Shown here: piece by piece, positions 1-12,599 of the stretch
Position numbering within the stretch: the first letter of the stretch is position 1
Layout of the letters: each line of letters begins with the position of its first letter
Origin: Haliotis rufescens
Taxonomy: Eukaryota
Direction: 5' to 3'
Assembly: GCF_023055435.1 (NCBI RefSeq)
Contig: NW_025963802.1
Span: 558,001 to 622,000 of the forward strand
Length of the DNA stretch: 64,000 bases
Position numbers and translations under genes: made by a program
The notes under the pieces: generated by a model
Databases searched by the model: none
What the model was told of the DNA's origin: nothing
What the model saw: only the letters and a program-made list of their open reading frames with translations

Positions 1-519
1 TCCCATCCTGGGAGTGCATGTGTCACTATATATAGCTACGTTGTAAAATAACATCCTGGGTGTACATGTGTCACTATATATAGCTACGTTGTATACTGAC
101 ATCCTGTGTGTACATGTGTCACTTTATATAGCTACGTTGTATACTTACATCCTAGGTGTACATGTGTCACTATATATAGCTACGTTGAATACTGACATCC
201 TAGGTGTACATGTGTCACTATATATAGCTACGTTGTATACTAACAACCTGGGTGTGCATGTGTCACCATAGATAGCTACGCTGTATATTAACATCCCGGG
301 TGTACCTGTGTCACTATATATAGCTACGTTCTATACTAACATCTTCGGTCTACATGTATCACTATATATAGCTACGTTGTAAACTGACATCTTAGGTGTG
401 CATATGTCACTATTTATAGCTACGTTGTGTACTGACATTCTTGGTGTGCATGTATTACGATATATAACTGCGTTGTAAACTGACTTCCTGGGTGTGCATG
501 TATCACTATGTATAGCTAC
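1..519. repeat. 48-bp minisatellite, ~10-11 diverged copies, runs off the left edge
   Basis: Consensus CATCCTGGGTGTACATGTGTCACTATATATAGCTACGTTGTATACTGA recurs every 48 bp; copies decay towards ~519. Confidence 0.95.
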
Positions 520-675
520 TCTTCTGCCTTGAAGTTCATTCCCCTAACACGCATGGGAAACGCGTTACGCAACCCGTGTGCACCCCGTTGATCACTCGAA
601 CCCGTGCGCGGCGTGTGCAACGCGTGACACACTCATTAGAGGGAGAACAAACTTTTGTCGAAAAAAGTAGGATCC

Positions 676-3150
676 ATGTTTATTTCCGCCAAGTTTCAGG
701 CCATAGGCCCATAGATCATACATGATATCAATAAAGTGTATGCATAAATACATGAAATTAATATAATACATAAATAATATATCAGTGAATTGTGAGTGAC
801 TCGCGTAATCTAAAAGCGTGGTAGATATATTTAGCAAGTTGTGTAATAGTGTATTTACATTTAGAAGACATAAGATTTACAAATTTTCATATGATGGATT
901 AGTGTGAAAATATGTATCAATAAAATGTAAACGTAATGTTGAATATGAAGTACAAATAAGGAGGAAATGATATTCATTTTCAATGTAGTTGAAGTCCAAT
1001 TTTTGACATTGTGGGCAAAATCTTTTGTTTTCTTCTATATTGGTATGACGTCCAGTTTCGATCATAAGTTTATGGCAGCTGCATCGGAATCTTGTTAGGG
1101 TTTCTTTATAGATCTTCTTGTTTACTTCCTGAAGGTACATTTCTATTGTTAATACCGATTTGAAAGTTAAATATGTTTTAAGTTTTGATTTTTGAGATAG
1201 GTTTTCAGTCCAACGTTGTTGACCACAGTCCACGATACGTTGTTTGAATTGTGAAATGAATATTTGCGGATCTCCAACATCTTGAATTATCCAGGCGTAG
1301 CCAAATCCATACTTGAAAATAATTTTTTTTATATTATGTTGCCCATGATATACGGCCAGCTTCATCTAATGTGTACATCATTAAATACGTTTGCTTCGGT
1401 AGACGATCAGTGTTCATAGAGATTAATTTTGTCAAATATTTAATACATTTACTAATATAATACACATATAATCGTTGTCTTCCAGTTTCACCAAGAACAG
1501 CGTCATTGCTTGCATTATTTGGTACGTAAAGAATCCGTTTGTAATATTTAGTCTGTACCATCTCTATAGTTTCGTAGTATTGGAAACCCCAAACTTCAGA
1601 GCCATATGTTAATATTGGTAAAACCATGGATTCGAACATCTTTATTGCAGTAGTGATTGGTAATCCTCCACATAATTATTTTATAGATATAATGACATAC
1701 TTTTTCTGCTTGTTGTGAAAGTGTTGCCGTTGCTTTTGTCCATAGCAGTTTAGCAGTGACATATAGTCCCAATATTTATAAGATGAAACAGTCTCTATCT
1801 TTTCTTCTCTGTAAGTCCAATTTTCATAGTTCCTTAAACGTCCACCATTTCTAAAAACGATTATCTTTGATTTGTTCATATTTAGAGACAGTCCCCATTT
1901 TTTACAAAATTCACTTAACATTTGATCTGTTGTTGTAATCTTCCAGTGGTATCGGCAGTGTTGGCAACATCATCGGCGTATAATAAAGAACAAATATTTG
2001 GTGCTTCTTCTGAGATGAATATTCCACGAGAGTCAGATTGATTTAGTTCGTTGACCAATTCATTTATAAACAGGCAAAAGAGTGTCGGGCTGATCATGCA
2101 TCCTTGTCGTGTTCCAATAAAACAGTTAAACTATTCAGTTAAACCATTATCAGTTCTCACACAAGCTTTTAGTTTCGAATACATATCTCGTAGAATTTTT
2201 AGAACGTTTCCATGGATACCATATTTCATAAGCCGATGCCAAAGCAAGTTATGGTGAACAGTCAAACGCTTTACTGAAGTCAATGAAGAGACAATAAAAT
2301 CTTCCACCGGTTGATTTTGATAGGTATTTCTGTATCATTCCATACAATGTGAAAATACTGTCGACTGTTTAGCGTCCTTTTCTAAAACCAAACTGGTTTT
2401 CATATAATATATTATTGTCATCACACCATAGCTGCAGGCGTTCGTTGATCATTTTTGTGAATATTTTCCCCAAAACGGGTAATAATGAAATGCCTCTATA
2501 TATAATTATTCACACTGTTCGTATCTCCATCTTTATACATCGGACATATAACTGCTCTGCACCATGATTCCGGATAAACACCTGATTTCATTATCTCGTT
2601 AAACAGATGCACACATATAGGAACAATAATATACAAAGAATTCAGAAATAGTTTAGAAGAGATCCCATCACATCCTGGTGCCTTATTTGATTTCATGTTG
2701 ATAATGGCTGTCTTCACTTCATCACTTGATATCTCTCTGTTTACGTCTTCAGGCGATCCACGTTCACAAGCCTCACATACATCATTGTCATGCTGTGATA
2801 TGTCTGATTTTACTAAATCTTCAATAGATGACTTCGAACGGGGAGAATTTAATAGATTCTGGAAATATGAAAACCATCCCCAAGAACTGATACTGTTTGT
2901 TTTCCTGCAACATTTTATTTTCTTGATTTCCTTCCACAGTTTGTTGTTATCACTTTTTATCTCATTAAATCTATCTCTGAGTGAACGCTGAAATTCATCT
3001 TGTTTCTGTTTGCATAATTCTTTAAAGGTTCGTCTGTGCTGTTTATATACTTGGTAATCTTCATCTCTATCCGTGTCTCTGAATCTATCCAGTTCAAAAT
3101 ACTTCTCCGACTTCAGTCTATCACACTCTGCGTGACACTATGCAGGCTGA
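676..3150 (-). mobile_element. Degenerate, 5'-truncated non-LTR retrotransposon (LINE ORF2 remnant: RT plus C-terminal CCHC finger); clade uncertain, possibly RTE-X-like
   Basis: Minus-strand fragments in canonical order: KAPGCDGI...W...ICPMYKDGD...NNY (2496-2717), QGC-MISPTLFCLFINEL and LLYADD (1915-2097), LNMNKSKIIVF (1676-1921), LPILTYGSEVWG (1334-1639), LTRFRCSCHKLMIETGRH...CPQC...ENEYHFLLIC (877-1365). Many frameshifts and stops. Minus-strand AATAAA at 679-684. No endonuclease domain seen. Boundaries are approximate. Confidence 0.9.
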
Positions 3151-4043
3151 ACCTAGACGTGGTAACAAGGCGATAACGTTTTGATTTCCTGACGAAAAAT
3201 GTTAACACACATTTTATTTTTTGTACTTGCTGATGTCTCATTTTTAGATGTGATTTTGTTGGAAAATATGAGGAGTACTGTTGTGGCTTCTACATGATGT
3301 TTTCCGATGGTGTTAAGAGAATACATGATCCTGTTAAATGTTATTGCTATTCAAATGGGTTTTTTTGTGATTTGACATTAAAAGTCTGTTGTACGACTTT
3401 CAGTGATCATGTTTATGAGGTTTGGTGGAGCATTGTTTTCATTGGACCCTAATTATTTTATGATGGTTGGGTCTCTTTGTCTCAGCTCCATAGCCGTGAC
3501 GCTGGGAAAGGGCAGCATTTAATTAATGAGAGTAGGTTATATCATGGAGGATACACTTGAGGGAGAGGGTTCTACTAATTACCGTACCACAGGAAGAGAC
3601 CTGTAGACGTGAGCGCGGGGTTGTGTGTAAGATGGCCGTTGCATAATGGCCGCCAGGAGTGCTAAACATTGAGCTAAAGCAGTGTTGTTTTCACGGGCCT
3701 GTTGAATAAATTCCCGGCGCTGCTGTCCATATATCTTCTACTTGATCCTGGATACATCATTTTGGCATTTTCAACGTACATTAATGGTTTACTAGTTATA
3801 TCTTTTAGAGTATTTGTCAATTGTGTCGAACGTACAAGCAATAATTGTAATTTGTGGTGACATATAAATATAAAACGTCTTATTTAAAACATGAAGTAAG
3901 TACGATAGTAAATAATAATATTCAAATCGCATTAAAATACAATGATAACAACATTCATATGTAACCCTAAAGCCTGTGTTCCACATTCATAGCCAGGAGG
4001 ACAGCTGCTGACTAAACAAAGGGAAGAAGCTTGCCTTTACATA

Positions 4044-5439
4044 TACTGAACCAAATTAAAAACTTCACAATCCTAAAATTTTAACATTTTGACCAGTTAT
4101 CATTGTGAGCCCTTATTGTGTATTTAAACAGTAATGGCCACGTATTGTCTTCAGATAACACCCGTTTTTGTGCAGGTGAATCGATCAAAATCATGTGCAC
4201 AGCACTATAGTGGCAAAAGTGGTTTTCCACCTGCAACTGGTCACGTAGCCATAATACCGCACGTGTTTTCAGCCATACTTGTTAGCAGTCATTAATAAAA
4301 AAAAGAAAAACACAAAAAAAACAAAGTCTTTACGGCCATTTGTCATGCCACGTCTTTCAAATGTGCAACGTGAACGTGCCATCGGCATGTTGAAGACGGG
4401 AACGTCCGTAGCTGAAGTCGCAAGGACGATGGGTTGTAGTCGACGGACTGTTTATGATTTACAGACGCGTTTACAGCAAACGGGTACCACCACTGATCGC
4501 CCTCGGCCAGGCCGACCACGAGTGACGTCACATGCAGAGGATCGTCAGATTGTCTTTACGTCACCTGCGTAGCCGATTTTTGACGGCTACATCAACCAGA
4601 AATTAACTGTTTAGGGGTAGACTGAGTGCGCAAAATGTTCGAAACCGTCTGAGAACTGTTCACCTTCAAGCACGACGGTTATACTGCGGGCCGATTCTGA
4701 CTCAATTACACAGACGTCAACGTCAATTGTGGGCACAGCGACACTTACGATGGACTCAGAGGAATTGGAATCAAGTCGTCTTCAGTGGAGAATCCCGATT
4801 TAATCTACGATTTGTTGTTGGTAGGGCGAGGGTGTGGAGGCGCCGTCAAGAAACGTTACGCCCAGTGTTGTGTACAGGAAGTTGACAGATTTCGAGGCGG
4901 AAGTGTCATGTCGTGTGGGGTGCTTTCTGTGGCAATGCACGTTCCAGGCTTCTTGTCATCCGTGGTAACATCAACGCTGCTGCTTACCGGGACCATGTAC
5001 TGGCACCAAAACTTCTGCCTTTTATGGCAAACCCGTGAATATTCCGGGGTAGAATAGGTCTTCAGCAACCCATGTTTGCCGTAAAAGGTGACTATGCTTG
5101 TCGTAAAAGGCGACTTACGGGATCGGGTGGTCAGGATCGCTGAATTGGTTGATGCATGTCATCGATCCCAATTGCGTGGATCGATGCTCATGACATTAAT
5201 CACTGGATTGTCAGGTCCAGACTCGATTATTTACAGACCGCCGTCATATAGCTGGAATATTGCTGATTGCGGCGTTAAACAACAAACCAACTAACCAACC
5301 AACCAACCTTTTATGACAGCACAAGTACATGGACCCGGTTTCATCTTCCAAAACGACAATGCCAGACCCCACACAGCAATTTTGACAAGGAATTTCCTTC
5401 AGGATGCGGGAGTCAACGTCATGGACTGGCCGTCAAGGT
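4044..5439 (+). mobile_element. Degenerate Tc1/mariner (DD34E-type) DNA transposon, 3'-truncated and interrupted by a SINE
   Basis: Transposase from ATG 4345: MPRLSNVQRERAIGML...VARTMGCSRRTV (paired-type HTH), DRPRPGRPRVTS (GRPR motif), VFSGESRF (first catalytic D mutated to G), GGSVM, FQNDNARPH (second D), MDWPSR, then an abrupt end before SPDLNPIE. Putative left TIR after TA at ~4042-4044 (TACTGAACCAAATTAAAAAC). No right TIR found. Confidence 0.88.
5030..5306 (+). mobile_element. SINE-like retroposed insertion with (AACC)n tail and 12-bp TSD
   Basis: Flanked by CCTTTTATGGCA (5018-5029) and CCTTTTATGACA (5307-5318); ends ...GGCGTTAAACAACAAACCAACTAACCAACCAACCAA. Removing the insert and one TSD copy restores the transposase frame DHVLAPKLLPFMTAQVHGPGFIFQNDNARPH. 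The resemblance to abalone SINEs is from memory. Confidence 0.85.
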
Positions 5440-7751
5440 ACACTAGTACAGCCTCACCACAGTACAGCAGTAGCACTGTACCACACGGGGTCAACTATGC
5501 TAACCGTTTCCGTGTAATACAGCAGCCTGCTCACAAGAAAATAGCTTCTGCTGACTATACTGCAGAAGTCCCCAGATACTACATTATTCTCCCCGAATTT
5601 TATTTATCTTACTGCACAATAACAATAAACTACAACAGCTTTATTTCCTAACTGATAGGTACATATATTGGTTTCTTCTCACAAAGGGACTGTCACTATG
5701 AATATTCACAACACCTTTTTATGCGTGTAATATCTGTTGAAAGCCTAAAGTACACCAATGTCTTCTAAAAACATGATTGACATATGAACAACAGCTTGTT
5801 TTCTCGTCTTTGTTGACTTGTCTTTGTATGTGTTTGTGACGGAGGAACCGTTGGGGCAGGATACGCTTACTTTTTGGCAACCGCCAGGTATCATCACTAT
5901 CTGGTAGTCATTCATACGCACATGCGTGTGATCATTAAAGTCGAAATCGTACAATGGTCTCTGCTTCGAGCAGAGGTTTCGAATGATTCTGAAAAGGGTT
6001 ATGTGGCTTTTATTTGCAACTGCGTTTCTTGAGAGAAGTCTCTTATTTTCAACATATCATCTTGATAATTGTACACTTCATTATCAAGGCATTTGTAATA
6101 ATACGAGCATCACTAAATTTGTTATCTCAATTTCTATAGATAACGCCTGAATATTGATATAATAATCATTCAATGATGACCCTTTAACTACATAAATCGT
6201 CAACGCCAGAAAATAATCAGGCTCCATTGTCTGCTGAAACAGATTTCATTGGGTGTAAAAGGCAAGATTGTGCTAAAACATATGCTGAATATCAGTGATG
6301 TCACCAGGTGTTAATGAATAGTTTATATTTGTATATATTTGTTGGGTGTTTCATGAGCTCCTCCGTCAGTTCCATCGTGTGCCAGATTGGGAGAATGTTG
6401 TCTTTTGACAATGTCTCAGCCATTCATACATTTGCATATATACTTATCACTGTTGCAAATAACTCACTTTAACGTGTTTTAATCTTGGGGTGAGTCTTTG
6501 GTTCTAAACATTAGAAGAAAGAAGAAAGTATATAAATCGCCTCTACCCTTTACGTATGCCCTTGACATGATGAAGCAGTAGTGATAGTGATGACTGTGTT
6601 CTTTTAAGGCGTGTTTAAACCAAAACTCATACCAAGAATAAAACATGCGCAAATCAGTTTGACAATGTGTAACTATGTAAGGGTTTCCCAGAAAAACCGG
6701 ACATCTAAAAGTAAAGACGTGTGTTTTCAGAAGAAAATGCTCTTAAAGTATAACACAAAGGTGTTTTCAAAGATAGACATGACCAAACGACTTGTTTTTA
6801 CAGTCTGGTTGTTGTTATAAAAAGACTTATGACAAGCTTTAAAGTTGGACCATTTATTCCGCTGAATTTCACTCTCTACAGTTACCAAATGCAATCTCCT
6901 TTGTATTGATAAATGATTGTCACGTTTGCGTTGTAATCAAACAATAGGGATAAATTAGCTATTTGTTTGTTTATTGTAATCTTCAATCCTACCAATCCAG
7001 TTCGGAATCTTCAAATTCGCTGTCTGATTTAATCAATATGTATTTTACAAATAGCACCCACAGGGAAGGTGCTTAGTGAACACACAACTAAATATCTATA
7101 TAGATACTTCTCCTATTAATTACATAAGCAGTATGCAAAATGTTAAATTGCATCATCAAATCAAGAAGTACATGTTTGATGGAAATTACAAATAATTCCT
7201 AGTTTGATAAGCTACATCCGGACAAGCGTATCTAATAGTTACTTTTGAATTCAATCGTTTTGTTTGTGTTATTAATAAACTGTAAAGATATGTTACTGTC
7301 ATGGAAATTCCAACTGTATGCATTCCCTTCTAACCAAAGCAGTAAGAATCTTGCAACATTTGTTTTGATGCTCTACATCACCATGGCTTTCGCTCTTTCA
7401 TTGCAGCAGCTCAGATATTATTTATACAAAGCGCCATAACAACATGTAGATTGTATTCTGAATACAACTTTCGCTCATTTTCAAGGACAGCGCACACATT
7501 TGCATTTCAATACAGTGCACACTGTCTACCCCTTGATCCCGTTAATGAACGCTTTGACCAAAATTGATACTCCTGCTTATTTGTTTCACTGCATGTTTTT
7601 AAAATGCAAATTGAAATAAAGCCAGCCAATTCCAGATATTATGGTACTTCAAATGGCCATCAAACCCTTTCGTGGCAGCCCAAATGATACATTCCCGTGA
7701 AACATGAACTCGGGTAAGTGACATTTTGTGGGAGATATATCAAGCATAAAA

Positions 7752-7803
7752 TCACTCCTCTTATCATCATGTCCGGTTCACTCCTCTTATCATCATGTCC
7801 GGT
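7752..7803. repeat. Perfect 26-bp tandem duplication downstream of the gene (present in all 11 complete units)
   Basis: TCACTCCTCTTATCATCATGTCCGGT x2. Confidence 0.9.
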
Positions 7804-8087
7804 TTCCTCAGGAACGTTATAGCACATATCAGTAGTTGATATCTTAGCTTGAAGTAAAACGCAATATCATTTAAGTGCTTGGATATTGGTCGACAACACG
7901 CACTATGTCCAGAGTTTACAATATGGATAAACATAGATCATTCTTCCATTGTGAACATTCAATTCAGTTTTCAGATTCTCAAACAAATTTCAAGGCGTAA
8001 ATAAATATGACAAGATTTTATTGAACCAATTCCATTGGTTTGAGAATATACATAAATAGCCAGCATCACACTGCAGGTGATAATAAC

Positions 8088-8700
8088 TCAATAATAGCCG
8101 ATACCTGAAACAAAAAAATAGTAGAATAAAGTTGGGATATATGGATAAGTCACAACGAAGTCTTGAAACTAGCTGCATGATAAGCTAAACCAAATATTAG
8201 AGAAAGCAGAGAATAATTTTAAAGATGTTTTGTAAATGTCATCAGCTTTGTCGCGTAAAATAATAATACCACATAGGTAAATTATATAATTTTGCAAACG
8301 AGACTGAAGGTGGGATACGATAAACAAATGATATCATATTTTGTGAAATACCTTTTCCCAATCCCATTCCGTATCCTCCAATTCCGCCGTAGAGACCACC
8401 ATAGCCTCCAAGTCCTCCGTACAGACCTCCCATGCCTCCGTATAGACCTCCTACGCCTCCGTATAGACCTCCCATGCCTCCGTATAGACCTCCCACGCCT
8501 CCGTATAGACCTCCCATGCCTCCGTACAGACCTCCATAGCATCCGTACAGACCTCCAAGGCCTCCGTACAATCCACCCATTCCGTAGCCAATTCCGCCAA
8601 GTCCTCCTTTCAACCCGCCAATTCCACCATACAGACCGGTAGGCTCGGCAAAGGCGGTAACAGCCAGGCAGGCAACAAGAGCGGCGACTATCTTCATCAT
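8088..8700 (-). pseudogene. Gly/Tyr-rich secreted protein gene, copy 1: ORF intact (join 8352..8700, 8088..8104) but core promoter deleted; probable pseudogene or silent copy
   Basis: Coding exons and splice sites are intact, with a Gly-to-Cys change (GLYGCYGG). A 135-bp deletion at 9010/9011 removes the TATA box, the putative start site and part of exon 1. Confidence 0.7.
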
Positions 8701-11700
8701 TTTGAGTATCTATTGAGTAAGGTGAAAATCGTTGTCAAGAAAGGGAAATAGCATGTTATCGTTACTCATCTGGTAAATTCAGTTCACACCACTCATTGTG
8801 AATTATGTTATCAGTTTTACTTTCACCTGCATTCATAGATTTCCCAATTTACAAGAACGTTTTATGTTACATATTCGTACTTTTATGAATTGGCTCAACA
8901 TAAAGATTGAAAACAGCCAGATGCGCAGCAGATGAATCAAACATTAAAAGTATACATATATATCACAAGCAAACCTTAAAATAGTACTTACAGTTTGGTC
9001 TTGACTCGTATAATGGTGTAAAGTAAGCATTCTTTTCGCATCAAAGGGCCCGAGGTTATCACCCTACGGGTACACATGCGAGCTGGTATACATGAACATC
9101 GATTAAGGAAGTACAAGACAACGTATATAAAGGTGGCAAACAGACACACTCTCTCTGGCATCGTCTAACTGCATTTCAAACAGTCCTCGATACTCAACGT
9201 TTAACCTATATCAAGTAAATATTCGATAACGGTCTGAAAAGTGTGTATCCAGTAAATATATGATGTGGGAGCAACATACATCAGACATTATAATGCATCT
9301 GTGTGATACGACATAACAAGAGACCAGAAAACTGACGCAACACACTAGTACAGCCTTACCACAGTACAGCAGTAGCACTGTACCACACGGGGTCAACTAT
9401 GCTAACCGTTTCCGTGTAATACAGCAGCCTGCTCACAAGAAAATAGCTTCTGCTGAATATACTGCAGAAGTCCCCAGATACTGCATTATTCTCCCCGAAT
9501 TTTATTTATCTTACTGCACAATAACAATAAACTACAACAGCTTTATTTCCTAACTGATAGGTACATATATTGGTTTCTTCTCACAAAGGGACTGTCACTA
9601 TGAATATTCACAACACCATTTTATGCGTGTAATATCTGTTAAAAGCCTAAAGTACACCAATGTCTTCTGAAAACATGATTGACATATGAACAACCGCTTG
9701 TTTTCTCGTCTTTGTTGACTTGTCTTTGTATGTGTTTGTGACGGAGGAACCGTTGGGGCAGGATACGCTTACTTTTTGGCAACCGCCAGGTATCATCACT
9801 ATCTGGTAGTCATTCATACGCACATGCGTGTGATCATTAAAGTCGAAATCGTACAATGGTCTCTGCTTCGAGCAGAGGTTTCGAATGATTCTGAAAAGGG
9901 TTATGTGGCTTTTATTTGCAACTGCGTTTCTTGAGAGAAGTCTCTTATTTTCAACATATCATCTTGATAATTGTACACTTCATTATCAAGGCATTTGTAA
10001 TAATACGAGCATCACTAAATTTGTTATCTCAATTTCTATAGATAACGCCTGAATGTTGATATAATAATCATTCAATGATGACCCTTTAACTACATAAATC
10101 GTCAACGTCAGAAAATAATCAGGCTCCATTATCTGCTGAAACAGATTTCATTGAGTGTAAAAGGCAAGGTTGTGCTAAAACATATGCTGAATATCAGTGA
10201 TGTCATCAGGTGTTAATGAATAGTTTATATTTGTATATATTTGTTGGGTGTTTCATGAGCTCCTCCGTCAGTTACATCGTGTGCCAGATTGGGAGAATGT
10301 TGTCTTTTGACAATGTCTCAGCCATTCATACATTTGCATATATACTTAATCACTGTTGCAAATAACTCACTTTAACGTGTTTTAATCTTGGGGTGAGTCT
10401 TTGGTTCTAAACATTAGAAGAAAGAAGAAAGTATATAAATCGCCTCTACCCTTTACGTATGCCCTTGACATGATGAAGCAGTAGTGATAGTGATGACTGT
10501 GTTCTTTTAAGGCGTGTTTAAACCAAAACTCATACCAAGAATAAAATATGCGCAAATCAGTTTGACAATGTGTAACTATGTAAGGATTTCCCAGAACCGT
10601 ACATCTAAAAGTAAAGACGTGTGTTTTCAGAAGAAAATGCTCTTAAAGTATAACACAAAGGTGTTTTCAAAGATAGACATGACCAAACGACTTGTTTTTA
10701 CAGTCTGGTTGTTGTTATAAAAAGACTTATGACAAGCTTTAAAGTTGGACCATTTATTCCGCTGAATTTCACTCTCTACAGTTACCAAATGCAATCTCCT
10801 TTGTGTTAATAAGTGATTGTCACGTTTGCGTTGTAATCAAACAATAGGGATTTATTAGCTATTTGTTTGTTTATTGTAATCTTCAATCCTACCAATCCAG
10901 TTCGGAATCTTAAAATTCGCTGTCTGATTTAATCAATATGTATTTTACAAATAGCACCCACAGGGAAGGTGCTTAGTGAACACACAACTAAATATCTATA
11001 TAGATACTTCTCCTATTAATTACATAAGCAGTATGCAAAATTTTAAATTGCATCATCAAATCAAGAAGCACATGTTTGATGGAAATTACAAATAATTCCT
11101 AGTTTGATAAGCTACACCCGGACAAGCGTATTTAATAGTTACTTTTGAATTCAATCGTTTTGTTTGTGTTATTAATAAACTGTCAAGATATGTTACTGTC
11201 ATGGAAATTCTAACTGTATGCATTCCCTTCTAACCAAAGCAGTAAGAATCTTGCAACATTTGTTTTGATGCTCTACATCACCATGGCTTTCGCTGTTTCA
11301 TTGCAGCAGCTCAGATATTATTTATACAAAGCGCCATAACAACATGTAGATTGTATTCTGAATACAACTTTCGCTCATTTTCAAGGACAGCGCACACATT
11401 TGCATTTCAATACAGTGCACACTGTCTACCCTTGATCCCGTTAATGAACGCTTTGACCAAAATTGATACTCCTGCTTATTTGTTTCGCTGCATGTTTTTA
11501 AAATGCAAATTGAAATACAGCCAGCCAATTCCAGATATTATGGTACTTCAAATGGCCAACAAACCCTTCCGTGGCAGCCCAAATGACACATTACCGTGAA
11601 ACATGAACTCGGGTAAGTGACATTTTGTGGGAGATATATCAAGCATAAAATCACTCCTCTTATCATCATGTCCGGTTCACTCCTCTTATCATCATGTCCG

Positions 11701-11915
11701 GTTTCCTCAGGAACGTAATAGCACATATCAGTAGTTGATATCTTAGCTTGAAGTAAAACGCAATATCATTTAAGTGCTTGGATATTGGTCGACAACACGC
11801 ATTATGTCCAGAGTTTACAATATGGATAAACATAGATCACTCTTCCATTGTGAACATTCAATTCAGTTTTCAGATTCTCAAACAAATTTCAAGGCGTAAA
11901 TAAATATGACAAGAT

Positions 11916-11921
11916 TTTATT
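11916..11921 (-). terminator. Polyadenylation signal AATAAA (copy 2 shown; present in all copies)
   Basis: Minus strand GGTTCAATAAAATCTTG, 65 nt after the TGA of exon 3, followed by T-rich sequence. Confidence 0.7.
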
Positions 11922-11986
11922 GAACCAATTCCATTGGTTTGAGAATATACATAAATAGCCAGCATCACACTGCAGGTGATAATAAC

Positions 11987-12599
11987 TCAATAATAGCCGA
12001 TACCTGAAACAAAAAAATAGTAGAATAAAGTTGGGATATATGGATAAGTCACAACGAAGGTTTGAAACTAGCTGCATGATAAGCTAAACCAAATATTAGA
12101 GAAAGCAGAGAATAATTTTAAAGATGTTTTGTAAATGTCATCAGCTTTGTCGCGTAAAATAATAATACCACATAGGTAAATTATATAATTTTGCAAACGA
12201 GACTGAAGGTGGGATACGATAAACAAATGATATCATATTTTGTGAAATACCTTTTCCCAATCCCATTCCGTATCCTCCAATTCCGCCGTAGAGACCACCA
12301 TAGCCTCCAAGTCCTCCGTGCAGACCTCCCATGCCTCCGTATAGACCTCCCACGCCTCCGTATAGACCTCCCATGCCTCCGTATAGACCTCCCACGCCTC
12401 CGTATAGACCTCCCATGCCTCCGTACAGACCTCCATAGCCTCCGTACAGACCTCCAAGGCCTCCGTACAATCCACCCATTCCGTAGCCAATTCCGCCCAG
12501 TCCTCCTTTCAACCCGCCAATTCCACCATACAGACCGGTAGGCTCGGCAAAGGCGGTAATAGCCAGGCAGGCAACAAGAGCGGCGACTATCTTCATCAT
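11987..12599 (-). CDS. Secreted Gly/Tyr/Leu-rich GGLYGGx-repeat protein, copy 2 (join 12251..12599, 11987..12003; 121 aa; Ile14 and His variant)
   Basis: Signal-peptide-like MMKIVAALVACLAITAFA; 21-bp coding repeats; donor AAG|GTATTT and acceptor TTTTTTTGTTTCAG|GTATCGGCTATTATTGA give C-terminal GIGYY*; AATAAA 65 bp downstream of the stop codon. Confidence 0.88.

Noticed and set aside
68-271. 67-aa repetitive ORF
   Set aside because: It is a translation of the 48-bp minisatellite.
3150-4043. Unassigned segment with YY1-like motifs (AAGATGGCCG, ATAATGGCCGCC at ~3629-3654)
   Set aside because: No ORF, repeat boundary or other support; short motifs alone are insufficient.
5745-8178. Recurrent 60-82-aa ORFs in each unit (MYDFDF..., MFKPKL..., MNSIVL..., MQLVS...)
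   Set aside because: No recognisable motifs, often non-ATG starts, and broken by stops or frameshifts in some units. They recur only because the unit is duplicated.
8282-8642. Overlapping repeat ORFs (LRIDLPC..., TEAWEVY..., RSIRRHG...) in every unit
   Set aside because: These are antisense or alternative-frame shadows of the 21-bp Gly-rich coding repeat.
12141-12250. C-terminal tail ISQNMISFVYRIPPSVSFAKLYNLPMWYYYFTRQS of the 152-aa ORF
   Set aside because: It lies after a consensus splice donor in AT-rich intronic sequence. Its conservation is uninformative because whole units are near-identical.
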